From Lingula anatina (lineage: Eukaryota; Animalia; Brachiopoda), in assembly GCA_051362555.1 (NCBI GenBank), contig CM120644.1, positions 6,084,954-6,148,953 of the forward strand: 64,000 nt of DNA, in the 5' to 3' direction. Shown here piece after piece: positions 1-13,035 of this stretch (the first letter of the stretch is position 1; the number at the start of each line of letters is the position of its first letter). Under the pieces are notes generated by a model, which had not been told where the DNA came from, searched no databases, and saw only the letters and a program-made list of their open reading frames with translations. The position numbers and the translations under genes were made by a program.

Positions 1-670
1 ACGGCCATATGCCGGCAAAAGTTCTGTGGGCTGGAAAACCCTTTTAACTCATCGGCCCACATGTCCGACGGACTAAAGTCGGTTTCTTTAACAGACACCT
101 CGCCTCATATTTGAATTTATCGTAAAGCTCTAAGTACGCACTATTCGCAAGTAAAACTTTAACTTGCGCCATACTGGCGCGTTTTGTAATAAAGGTCTAC
201 GTACATTATGATGTCGCTTGAAGTGTGCGTAGCGATGGTGTGAGGGCTGACATGTGACCCGTTTCACAAAAAAATGTATCGAAACTGAAACAACTACAGG
301 TCAATGAAAAACGTACTGCTCAAGACTCTGAAAACAGGCCGCTCAAACTGCTTACGACTGGCCACGCGTGGACCTCTGAGAACACCTAACTACACGTGCT
401 GGGTAAACAAGTATGGCTTCCGTCGGACTGCATGTTGAGTAAACGATAAGTGAAAAGGAGAAATATTCATTTGCTTTTTAGATGGGTGCTCTTAACTAAT
501 TTTAACGGATATTTTAAGTCATATTGCGCCTTTAGCGGTCAAAATGAGGGACAACATCATTTTCCATGCGGAAAATCCGCAATGGCACAGTCAGGGTGCA
601 AAACTGTCCATTACAGTATATTCATCTAAACTTTAGTCTTAGATATTGAATAAAAATTCTTTTCAGACTC

Positions 671-822
671 TGGCCCGTAGCCAGGGATGGTTCAGGGGTT
701 TCGAAAGAACCGCCTCTTATGCTGACAAAAGGTCCACTCTTGGTAAAATTTGATCTAGGTACATGGCGTTTTTATGGAAAAAGACCCTCCCCCCCCTTTT
801 AAAATTGCTGGCTACGGGCCTG
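671..822. mobile_element. Short MITE
   Basis: TIR GGCCCGTAGCCAG / CTGGCTACGGGCC. Confidence 0.75.
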
Positions 823-3800
823 CTATGAGAGCAATAGCTTTATTTTACAATAAAAATGGGATTTGTCTACCTTTTCCATGTAGTGCAATTATTTGGCATA
901 GTGCAATTATCAATTCTGAAGATTTTTCCATTAAGTACTGTACAATTTTTCAGACAGTATGTTTATTTTGGAAGATTTTTCCACACACTACAATTATTTA
1001 GGACTTCAGATGTAGCATTAAGCCTTTTTTTCATTGATTTTAATCATATAAAAAATATTGAAATACAATGAATTTTCTTTAAATAATTCACGGCACACAT
1101 TTTTAAAAAATAGCACACTTTTTTTGACCAAGTGGGCCAAAATGGCCCGACCAGATTTTGACCCAGGACAATCCCTGCTAACAGACAAGCATTTTTCCAA
1201 GAGTGAAAATCTAAAAAACGTTACAAAAGTTGGAAGCTCCACTTCACTATGACTTATGTTTTAATTTAAGTCAAAAATTGGAATAAAATTTACAAAGGAT
1301 ACATGATCTTGTGTTAAAAGATTAGAAATTAAGATAGGCAACCCAGATGTAAAAAGGATAAAACTTAAATGCCAGAAAGCAACCAAAATGAAAGACGTTT
1401 AAACTTAAACCTTTAAACATCCTATTACATCTGGCCTGAAAATTAAAAAGCAACGATTTAAAATGCCAGACAATAATATTCATCAAAAATGAAGTGAAAA
1501 TATACAGCTTGATTATTTTGTTGTGGGCCGGTAAAAAAAGGTGTGGGCTGACAAAATTTAATTTGCTCCAGCCCACATGTCTGGTAAGTTTTCAATCTCT
1601 TTCGCAATCACTGTATGTCTGACTCCAGATTTTGACATATCCAAGAATATTGCTGTTTGAGAAATCCGTTTCAATACGACATCTTTATTTTTAACTATGG
1701 CTATGTAAAACATTGGCTTTTAAATGTATACTGACAGTCAATAAAATCATAGCATTTATTTATCAAATAATATTTTAAGTTCCTTTGGCACATTAAGAAA
1801 ATGACAGTTTTCATGTGAAATATGACACATTATTCAGTCACACATTTCACTCTTTTATGACCAAAAGAGAGTTGAAATCGATTCTCATTAAAAAAAGGAC
1901 AAGAAAGTTTTCTGATGCACTTTCACTGTCTGTCACCATATATTAAAGAATAATCCATAGTATAACATGAACAAGAGCTGAGAAAAAAATCGAGTATGCA
2001 GGCAAGAAAAAGTTACCATTATAATAAACTATGCAGGCAAGGAAAAGTTACCATTATTAGAAACAGGTTGAAATACTATTGTGATTAAGTTCAACCCAAT
2101 ATTGCATTTACACTTTAAAATAAATTAATTGCACCAATAGTATTCTATGGGTCAGATGTATGAGGCTTCAAACTGTGTGAACAGGTGCTGATATTATTTA
2201 AGGAAAATTTAAGGTGTAAAATCAAGCACTTCCAAATTAGCTATCTTAGGTGATGGCATCAGATAACCCATGGTTTGCAGCTAAGAGTAGAAAAAAAATT
2301 AATAATAATAATAATAAATAAATAAAATTTAAAAAATAATAAAATAAAAAAAATGAAATAAACAGAGGAGAAAATAACAAACTATAAAATGCTTTTAAAG
2401 ATAGATGAGGCATGATGTATTACATGGAAAACAAGTAAAAACATTTTTATATAGTTTTGAAAGTGCGTGGTATAATTAAGGCACAGGAAATAATTTATTT
2501 TTTGGATTTCTTGAACATTAGACTGAAATATTACCATGTTCAAGAGTGTATTAAACAATTGCAAAATATCTCTAAACTGAAATCATTGTATTTTCTAAAT
2601 GTTTCAGCTGAAGATGCTTTATGTATTTATATCTGATTTCTCTAAATTAAACTGTTCTTATCATATACTGATGATTGATCAAAGTAGACAAGAAAACATT
2701 CCATAGAAATATAAAAATTTTATATGCAGGTCAAGAGTAAAATTCATTTGCTATTATTGTTATTATGTATGCAGTAACAGCTGTTATTGCTACTATAACT
2801 GATACATATTTGGAACTTTGTAATTTTGATAAAAGCCTTGAAATACTGAAATAAATATATTCTTTAACAATGTACCTTTTGAAGTTTCCTTTTGCATATT
2901 TATAGCTGCTGTATGTCAACAAAATGCTGGATGCAGCTTTTCCAGGGATTGCTCCACTAATTGTGAGATTTCAGTCACCTGAAGTAGTAAATTTACAAAA
3001 GCACTGTCAACAAATTATTTTTGTATTTGTATCATGTTTCATTATTAATGTAAATGCATAATATCTAACGAAAAGGAATGTACTGTACCAATTTCCATGT
3101 AACTATAAAATGTTTCATCATATAAAAATGTTCTCAAACAAAAAAAAAATATTCAGAAAGATGGTTATTTTTATTTATTGCAACATACTAGGGTGGTGCT
3201 ACTGGTTGCGTGGTGCTCTGTACGGCGAGTTGCAGCATACTGAATCTCTCTTCAAAATCATCCTATAAACAGAAAATTTACTTAAAATTTTGGAAAAAAT
3301 AACTTACAACAATTACAAAATTTTAATGATAATGAATGTGAGTAGGATTTAACTTAATGAGGTGATTTAATATCGGTAGAAAAAATTATTGGGTCGCCTT
3401 TTCCTTGGCAGGAAAATTGCTAGCAGCCTTGTATTTAGTTGTAAACAAAAGCATTAAATAGCAAATTCCCTAGTTAAGGGACAGAATTTTATTCCGACTT
3501 TTTTCAAGTATGATGTGCAGTCAAACTACAGTTCACGGCTAGTACGGACTAATATTCCGTTGCTGTACAGATATATCATTACTTGATCACGACAGGGAAA
3601 GTAAAACTCTGCCGGCTGTCCACGTGCTTTGTGTGAGATCGCTCGATTATCGTCGATTTTATCCACATGCTGCAATCCAGCTTCGTTTAATCAAGCTAAG
3701 AGACAGACTTACCTCCAATAATGTCAACTTCGAGGCCATTATTAATCAAATTGAACCAAAAATCTGTCAAAATGACGCTCAATTGTCTTAGCACGCCTGC

Positions 3801-4216
3801 TCCCCATTCACATGTAGTGCAACAGAAGTTGACCGGAAGTAAAACTACCCAACTCTCGCCCAACTCTCGTGGTCACAAGCTCATAACACAGAGGGCAATA
3901 CAAATCTCGCGGGAGTTGGCATTCCATTTTCTCTACTTCTATGTAAAAACGAACAAGAATATTCTTCATACCGAGAATCACACAAGGGCATTATCATACA
4001 GGGTTCTGGGGTCACTATTGATCTGTTTTGTCAATCTGGAACATTGTCCCTATATGTGGAAGACAAGTTATTGTACAAAATCTCTTTAATGGTGACCTAT
4101 TATAATGTCTTTTATGTGTGTCTGTTGTTCTTTGGTCGTGTTATTATCCATAACTGCACTGAGGTTTATCATCTTTTGTTTTTGAGCCACCATTTAAGGG
4201 ACGTACCCACTACCAA

Positions 4217-5413
4217 GTGTCTCAAGGCCACACATTGTTTTTGCACCAGTTATTCGCATACATACAAGAGATAAATAGTTACAAGTTGCTGACACCTTAT
4301 GTTCCTCCCGCAGTCCACACACTCAGACCAGCTTCTATGTCATGGTCTGAGGGGATTCGAAAAATCCTTTTCACATTTGGCCTTGGAGATGTGTGGCTTA
4401 GCCAATCACCTCCAAAAAACTTCACCACAATTTTCAAACAAAGACAAACTGACCACTTTACCCAAATATGCAATAGCAAACTTCAAGCCAGCAGTAAATT
4501 GTCTCTCTTCCGTATACTTAACCAAAAGTGTGAAAGGGCAACTTATGTTGATAAAATAACAAATTATGACACCTTGTCAACCCTTGCTAAACTACGTCTT
4601 AGTGACCATAAACTCCACATCGAAACTGGGCGGCACACCAGGCCAAAAACTGAAAGGTGCGACAGAATCTGTCGCCTGTGCACCCAAGGGGTAATTGAAG
4701 ATGAATACCTTTTTATATTCCAATGCCCAATGTACAAAGCAGACCGAGTCACCTTTTTTAGTAAAACCTCAATCCTAAAAGCTGATATAAGGTCACCAGA
4801 CAGTCAATTATGCCATGTATTTAACAGTGCCAACAAAGATACTTTAGTGTCCCTCTCCAACTTTATAATCAAATCATTCAAGAAAAGAAGTGAATTGGTT
4901 GCTCTGCTTGGTAACTCTTAGCATATCCCTTAAAATGTCAGTGTATGGTCCCACTGTTGTGAGAAGTGACTCGGCAGTGGGACTGAACATGGCACAATAT
5001 TTATATCTGTGTAACTTATTTACTTATCTGTCTTATGTAATTGTCATTAATAGTAATTATCTATGCCATCAAACTGGCCTTAAACAGCCATGTAAACAGC
5101 TATGTAACTGTGGTTTTAAGTTTAAACATATCACATATCCTTTTGTGTAACATGTTTATAGTATGTTTATGGTAAATTTATAATCACACCAAGGTTTATC
5201 TCATTGCTTAGATAGAATATTTTATGAGTAATTTTACTAGTACGTATGTTCATTATATAAAGATTATTTTTTCCTTCACAAATGGTTAGGCAACATAATA
5301 CCAACTAGAGAAATGGTAATGCACTAACTGTATTGTATCGTCATTAGTATATCATATTGTACAATGTCATGACAATCTATGTACCAGTACAGAAATAAAT
5401 TGAATTGAATTGA
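4217..5413 (+). mobile_element. 5'-truncated non-LTR retrotransposon (RTE-X-like C-terminus, 3' UTR and tail)
   Basis: ORF motifs LAKLRLSDHKLHIETGRH and RICRLC..IEDE..FQCPMY; ends in AATAAA followed by a (TTGAA)n tail at about 5395-5413. Confidence 0.8.
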
Positions 5414-6498
5414 AATAAAATATATTCTGTTTTTCCACAAAAACGGCAGTTATAGCTATTATTATGATATCTGGCCTCCATTGATGGCTATGCTCTGTTA
5501 TAATCTCTTAAGAGATTTTAACAAAAAAAAAAAACAAACTTTTTAGAAAAAGACCAGGGGCTAACTTTGAATGTAAAAATGGATTCATTAACTATTGGTA
5601 AGTATGGGAAAATTGTTGTATACTCCAGGAAAATTCATTTTTGGCCAAAATGAAGAGTTATTATCCCTTTAAACAATCAACATAAATAAGACCAACCTCG
5701 TACACTGCCTTACACCTCGACGTCTTACGTGCTCAGTTATAGATAATACATGGGATAATACAGGTAGATAATACATTGACAATGCGCGATATTGACGTCT
5801 TTCCATCGGAAACCGAGTGTCTAACATGTGATTTAAATATGGCGGTCGCTGCAAAAAAAAAAGGAGGAAGTGACAAGTCTTACAATTGCAGAACCGGCTG
5901 CTGGAAAGGGCTGACAATGGAGACAAATGCCATTTAACTACCACTAAAATGCGCACGTAGTGGGTTGAAAACGCTCGAGCCATTTCCGAAAAACGCCGAG
6001 CGTAAAACTGAACACAAAACGAAAAAAGAACAAACAAAAATGCGCCATTAAAATTTCGTTTTGGTGAGTGACGTAAACCTCACAAGTTGAGCTTGATGGA
6101 CATTTTTATGGAACAACTGCGAATATAATTACTGCTGTCATTTTATTTTTGTCTTAGACCATGAATCTGTCAATGGAATCCATTGCACATCCGGCCCTCT
6201 GCGTTGAATACAAGTGCACAAAATTATTCAGCGGTCCTGGTAAAGGGTAGGTAGGGGTGGTGTAGTTACATAACCCTAGACATTGGAAATGGGCGTATGC
6301 TCACATGGGTCTATAATTTAATTCTGTCCACGTCAGTGATCAGGTTTTCCGCGGCAAAACATCAAGAAGCGGTTCTTTGCATCTCGTGAGAAACTGTAAT
6401 ATATATAATTATAACACGGAACAACTGCAAATATGATTTCTGCTGCTCATTTTATTTTTGTTTGAGACTGATTAACATTATTCCATTCACTATGGGGC

Positions 6499-9400
6499 CT
6501 ATCTTCCCAACAAGTCGCTGATCTTCCCCGACAGGTCCACCTGTAAATTAATGTATGTTTACACTAATATGACAATGTAGAGTTATAGGCGAACATGATG
6601 GTTTTAATTACACGTCTGATGATACTGGTATGACAATGCCGAGTTAAAGATGAGCACTAACGCATTATGGATAAAATCTCCTCACAACGGTTGCATTGTT
6701 CATAACAAATCTTTACTTATAATATACTGAGGGATCAGGGTTTCTTTTTACGGACATTGTTGAAGCCTAGGTTACATTTGCCATGCAATGGCAGTGCGTT
6801 GCACGTATAGCGTCCGGTAATCCCTTTTCGTTTGGCGTCTGTGTGGAGGGGGGCGGTGACCGTGCGATCTCGTTCCCAGCGGGCAAATCAACATTGAATC
6901 AATGTTGAATCAACGTTGATGGTCAACGTTGAAACTATGTTGATATGACGTTGACTATGAAAGTTGACTCAACGTTGAACCATCAAGGTTGAATCAACCT
7001 TGAGGTATCAATGTTGAATCAACGTTGACGGTCAACGTTGAAACTATGTTGATATTACGTTGACTATGAAAGTTGACTCAACGTTGAACTATCAAGGTTG
7101 AATCAACCTTGAGGTATCAATGTTGAATCAACGTTGACGGTCAACGTTGAAACTATGTTGATATTACGTTGACTATGAAAGTTGAATCAACATTGAACCA
7201 TCAAGGTTGAATCAACCTTGAGGTATCAATGTTGAATCAACGTTGACGGTCAATGTTGAAACTATGTTGATATAACGTTGACTATGAAAGTTGAATCAAT
7301 GTTGAACCATCAAGGTTGAATCAACTTTGAGGTATCAATGTTGAATCAACGTTGACAGTCAACATTGAAACTATGTTGATATGATGTTGACTATGAAAGT
7401 TGAATCAACGTTGAACCATCAAGGTTGAATCAACCTTGAGGTATCAATGTTGAATCAACATTGATACCTCAATGTTGAATCAATGTTGAAATAAAGCTGA
7501 ATTTGAAAATTGAATTAACATTGACATATCAATTAGGCTATCAGGATATTTGATTGAAATTTGCCTGATGGCTGAAGGTGTTCTCCAAGATATCAAGCAT
7601 TTCTTGAAATAAAAAGACTCAGATCTGAAAAGGGGGGGGATTAGGAAAATTACCTACAAAAAAAGGTAATTTCGGAAGAAAAGGGGGGGTCCAGACCCCG
7701 GGACCGGCCCCTGTATCCACCTATTGGTCGTCCAATTTTTTTTAAACTTTCCAGTTTGATGCTCAGTGTTACGGACCAAAACAGCCCGAACAAAAAAAAA
7801 ACACAAACAACAACTAATTTAACTATGAATATAATATACTACAAACAATGAACATACACTACATACACTAACTACATGTAATACTATCATGTTGCATAAA
7901 CTTTAACATTTGTCAAATACAGTTAAATTCTAACAGATTCGTAGACAGTTAAGTTTTGAAGACGCAATGTCACAGTTTTACGAGTCCTTTTCTGTTGAAC
8001 GTTCCTCCTGATAGTGTGGGGTTTTGAAGACGCAATGTCACCGTTTTCCATGTCCTTATCTGTTGAACGATCCTCCTGATAGTGTGGCCTCACAAAGTAC
8101 TGTTAATAAAGTACAGTTTTTGTACTGTAAAAGTGTTGCACACTGTCCACACTCACGTGTTGCATCAGTTCATGTTATCCGGAGTCTCGCACTTAATAAC
8201 AGTCCCGCACTTCATTTACATTATACAAGTATGCAGGCACATACGGTAATTACTCATAAAAATTAAACAACAAATTAGCTTTACTAAAATAATTATAACG
8301 TCACATCAGGTAGTTAAAATTTTAAGAATACTAAAACAAAGGGTCACCAGTTCTCACAGCTAACTTAAATTTCCAGAAAAACAGGCATTTTTGGCTTTTT
8401 CAAGCTTTTTCTTCAACCTTGAGTAAAATTTTGTCAATTTGCCATAAAGTAAGGCTGGTGACCCTTATGTTTTTTTCTTTTTCTTAAAGATAACCTGAAC
8501 ATCAAATCTGGAAAGTTTTAAAAAAAACTGACGACCGCTTTTTTCACAAAATTAATTTTAATGAAAAAGGGGTAAAACAAGCGTTTTTTATGTCTCCTCC
8601 ATCCCAGTGCATCACAAAGTTGCATATTCCCGTTCATAGCAAAAGAGAATGCAACAAAAACTATCGGGTGTTCGTGATTTGGCCAAACAAGGCCGCTTTT
8701 ATTAAATAAACTCACTATCCTAATAATTTTAACAATAATAACAATGTGGCAAATTGTTGCCTGCATTAAATGTTATGGCCTTAGGGATAAAAATTAAATA
8801 TAAAATATGCCTAATAGTCGGCAGATGTACTACGTACAGTGTACATGTACAGCTACTCCCTGCTTGAACTTGTACATAATCTTTCGCTGATATAATATGC
8901 TGTAAACGTGTTGTAACGGTTCGAAATATCGATGAACTGCTGGAAAGGTCTCATCGAAGGAAAAGCCGATGAAATTTTCTGAACTGAAGGTTTAAGTTGA
9001 AAGTCGGAGATAACTTGTAGCTTCAACGTATCGTGCGCGACAACAGAATGAGCGCAAAATGGGTCAGGCAGTGACGTCCCCTGGTATAAGTAGCAACATG
9101 TGCCTCAATTGGGACCACCCCTCCAGGTAGAATTGAGCATGTGCAGAATGCGCATGTGCGTAAATAAGCTCTGGAGATTGTTATCGCCATAAAATATCGT
9201 TTGACTACGCCAAACTTTCCTATGAGGGGTAATTACAACTATGCATACCTCTCTAGTGAGATAATCATTTAAAACTATTATCCAGGTTATGATTAAGGTT
9301 AAAAGTTAAGGTTGACCCAATGTTGAGATCCAATTGATATGTCAACATTGACAAAGGGTTTACAAACACAGGTTGATTCAATGTTGAAATCCTGTTGATC

Positions 9401-12334
9401 TATGAACATTGAAAACTGATTGACAAAGAAAGGTAAAATCAATGTTGAGACCCTGTTGATCTATCAACATTGACAATTGGTTGACAAGAAAAGGTTGATT
9501 CAATGTTGAAATCCTGTTGATCTATCAACATTGAAAATTGATTGACAAAGAAAGGTTAAATCAATGTTGAGACCCTGTTGATCTATCAACATTGACAATT
9601 GTTTGACAAGAAAAGGTTGATTCAATGTTGAGATCTTGTTGATCTATCAATATTGATGGATCAACATCATCTCAACCTATCCTCAATGTTGAATCAACGT
9701 TGAGTGCCCGCTGGGTTCAAGGTATTGCGGTTTCACGGCTCCCTAAATCTTTTGACAAAGTTTTTAAGTGCCATATCCATAAACCGATGCAATATCGTAG
9801 GTGACATTGAACAGTTCAAATACGGGCATTACTCGGTGGACTTGAAGTGATGGTTATGATTGCTTAACCCGTTGTTGGTATCATTCGCTACCTCTTTGGT
9901 GGTTTTATAAGGCATGGCAATAGCGAAAATGATAAAATCTGAGTATATTTCACTTGTATGAATTTGAGGTCCTGCGTTCCCTTATTCTGACCACTTTGAT
10001 GTCAAAAACACGGAGGCGGGGGGGGGGGGGGGGGGGGGGGGGTAACCGACCTTATCAGTCTTCAAGGAAGTTGCACGGAGGGAGTTCGGCATCTACACTA
10101 GGTGCCTTGGCAAATGTCATCTAGGCTTTAGCCGATCTCGATTGCAAATTAAGATTTTTACAGGTTATTATGTTTAAGTGTTAAAACATCTCACATGTCA
10201 GTGTAAAACCTCATAACGTTATCTCATTGAAATGCAGTGTGTTTCAGATATAAAATAGGGTTCTTACCACATTTGGATTGATTGTCTGGAATGTTTCCAA
10301 GTGTGTTCAATAGAAATGCAAACATATAAGTTAGAAGGAAAAAGATTAAATAATAATCATTTGATCATGTAAAACCGACTGTCACCAAGCCATGAATAAT
10401 TATGTTAAATGCTTACATTTATAGTTAAGGACTAGCACATTAAAAAGAGTATCTCCTGTGGTCTTATTAAAAAAGAGAGAAATCATTTATTGCAACTTAA
10501 CCATTATGCTTCTTATTTGAAAATATAGTTTCTTACCGGAATCGGATCAAGACAAAGAATCTGGAATGTTTTTGAAATAAAATTAATGTTTGGTGAAAAA
10601 CAAATATTCTTGTTTGCCCTAAATGTGCATGCATATTCATTATAACTTAACACATTGATTTACAAAAATCACAATCAAAAATGTTTGTATTATGATCTAA
10701 AAAACAAAACAAATATGGTTAAACCTATTTGATCTAGGAATATGTTATTAGTTACGTTAAACCTTAAACAAATAGACTAGTTTCACCATTACACGGCATA
10801 TATGCACATGCCCACAGTTGTAAAAATTAAAAAATAAAATATATACATATATATATATATATTTTTCAAACTTACCGGATATAGTAAACATTCAAGCTGA
10901 AGGGGAAAAGGCCACGTTGTATATATATATATATAACTTTTAATTTTTGTGGTTTCATTGCATCTATATTGAACTATTTTCTCTTACAAATTTGTACTAG
11001 TAAAAAAAATTGAGGATAAAATAAGTGTCAACCATTTGAAATATCATATGAGTATCATAATAATAATTACAAATATTGACAATTATAATTTCTCTTTATG
11101 TAAACTCCTTAGCCAATCCCGAGTGCAAATCTATTTTTTACAGATAAGAATGATTCAGAGTTTAAGCCCCTGACACTTCAGTAAAATACCTAAAATATCA
11201 TCTCTTTGAAATGCAATTTGTTTCAGTTACGAAAATACGCGTTCTTACCTTATTTGGCCATGGCTTGGTTGTCTGAAATGTTCCAAGTGTTTTGGATACA
11301 TATAGTAATTCATACGTTTAAGTTAGAAGACAAAAAGATTTTACTAAAAATTTCTTTAATCATGTAAACCGAATATCATCAAACTATCATAAAAATGTGC
11401 ACATTTAGATACAAGTTCTAAAGGCCAACTTCATTTAATATCCCAGTGTTATCCCGTGCGAATTAACATAAAGAAAATCATACTCCGGCCTGTTATTTAT
11501 TGCAATAGTTATCAGTATACCTCTTATTCTGAAATATAGCTTCTTACCGGCAGTGGCCAATCACATGGAATCTGGAATGTTTTTCATTTAAAATCAATGC
11601 TTTGGAGAAAACAAATATTCTTTTTTACCCTAAATGTACATACAGATTGGCAAAAATCATAATAAAAAAGCTCAAAATGAATATGGTTAAAATCATTTGA
11701 TCTAGGAATATGTTATCAGTAATGAAAATAAGGTCTGAGTAAGAATCAAAACGAATATGGTTAAGAGTATTTGATCTGGGAATATATTATCGATTTATTT
11801 TTATCAATAATGTTAAACCCGAACAACAGACTTTAGTTTTCACCACTATACGGTATATGCACATGCCCTCAGTAAGGGTTTTCTATTCGGCTGTATCATA
11901 TTGCAAAAGCAGAGAAGAGCATCTATTTAAAAAAAAACTTACCCATGGGTATCTTGAACATGGAAGCTGAAAAGGGGAAAAGGCGAAGTTATATTTATTT
12001 ATATATTTGATGTTTTTTCTTGCTGCGGTGTTATTTTCTTCGATAGATTTATTCTGTCAATAAAACTTGAGGAACACGTGCTAAAGCTTTAAAACATCTT
12101 ATGAATATAGATATAGAAATAAAAAAAAGATTACTGCTATTTAAATCAATTCCTTTGCCGCTTTCGAGTGCAAATGTAGTTTTTTATAGATGACTTTGTT
12201 TCAGTGTTCGAGCACCTGTATAGCACCTCAAATGTTATCCCTCTGAAAAGCAGTTTGCTTCAGATATGAAAATATAGGTTCTTACCTCATTTGGGACGAT
12301 TGTCTGGATTATTAAAGTTTCCGTGTGTTTTGAA

Positions 12335-12365
<31 letters not shown>

Positions 12366-12957
12366 TTAGAACAAAAAAGGTTAAAGTAATTATTTGATCA
12401 TTTAAACCGATTCTCAACAAGCCATATAAATATGTTAAATCCACGCATTTATAGTAAACGGTTAGTACATTCTAAAAACAAACGTGCTACAAAAATTTTA
12501 AAAAGAGAGAAATTGTTTGTTGCAAATTTATCATTCTGCTTCGGATTAGAAAATATAGTTTCTTACCGAAAATGGAATACAGGACCCCTGGAATGTTTTA
12601 AAAATGAAGTTAATTCGTTGGGGAAAAGAAAATATTCTTCTTTACCTCGAATGTACATACATATACATTATAAGTTTTCAGGCAGATTGACAAAATGTTT
12701 TATTAAAAAAGAATGATGGTCTCATAAGCAAAACGAATATGGTTAGACTATTTGATCGAGGGATATGTCAAAAGTAACGTTAAGCCTTAAGCAAACAGAT
12801 AATAGTTTTAACCAATAAACTTTATTTATACTTGTCCTCAATAAGGCTTTTCTTACCATGCATGACTCGGTTATCCTTTATTGCAAAAATAGTGAAGGGA
12901 ATCTATTATTTCTTAAACTTACCCCTAAGCATGGCGACGGCTGAAGGAAAAAGGCAA

Positions 12958-13035
<78 letters not shown>

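Larger units (their letters stand above)
6875..9715. mobile_element. Non-autonomous DNA transposon with CCCAG termini (CMC/EnSpm-like) and subterminal tandem repeats
   Basis: TIR CCCAGCGGGCA...TGCCCGCTGGG, 2-bp TSD TT, subterminal arrays rich in TCAACGTTGA palindromes, no transposase ORF. Confidence 0.82.

Noticed and set aside
1-1613. Possible hAT-like element ending CGCAATCACTG at 1613
   Set aside because: The other terminus would lie outside the window, so TIR and TSD cannot be verified.
6890-7490. Palindromic regularly spaced repeats suggesting a CRISPR array
   Set aside because: Units are contiguous 109-bp copies without unique spacers, lie inside a TIR/TSD-bounded eukaryotic transposon, and no cas genes are present.
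10035-10120. Possible alternative terminal exon of gene A (MTFAKAPSVDAELPPCNFLED*)
   Set aside because: Weak acceptor with no pyrimidine tract; the exon at 6540-6499 has a better acceptor, a poly(A) signal and similarity to the end of gene B. Not fully excluded.
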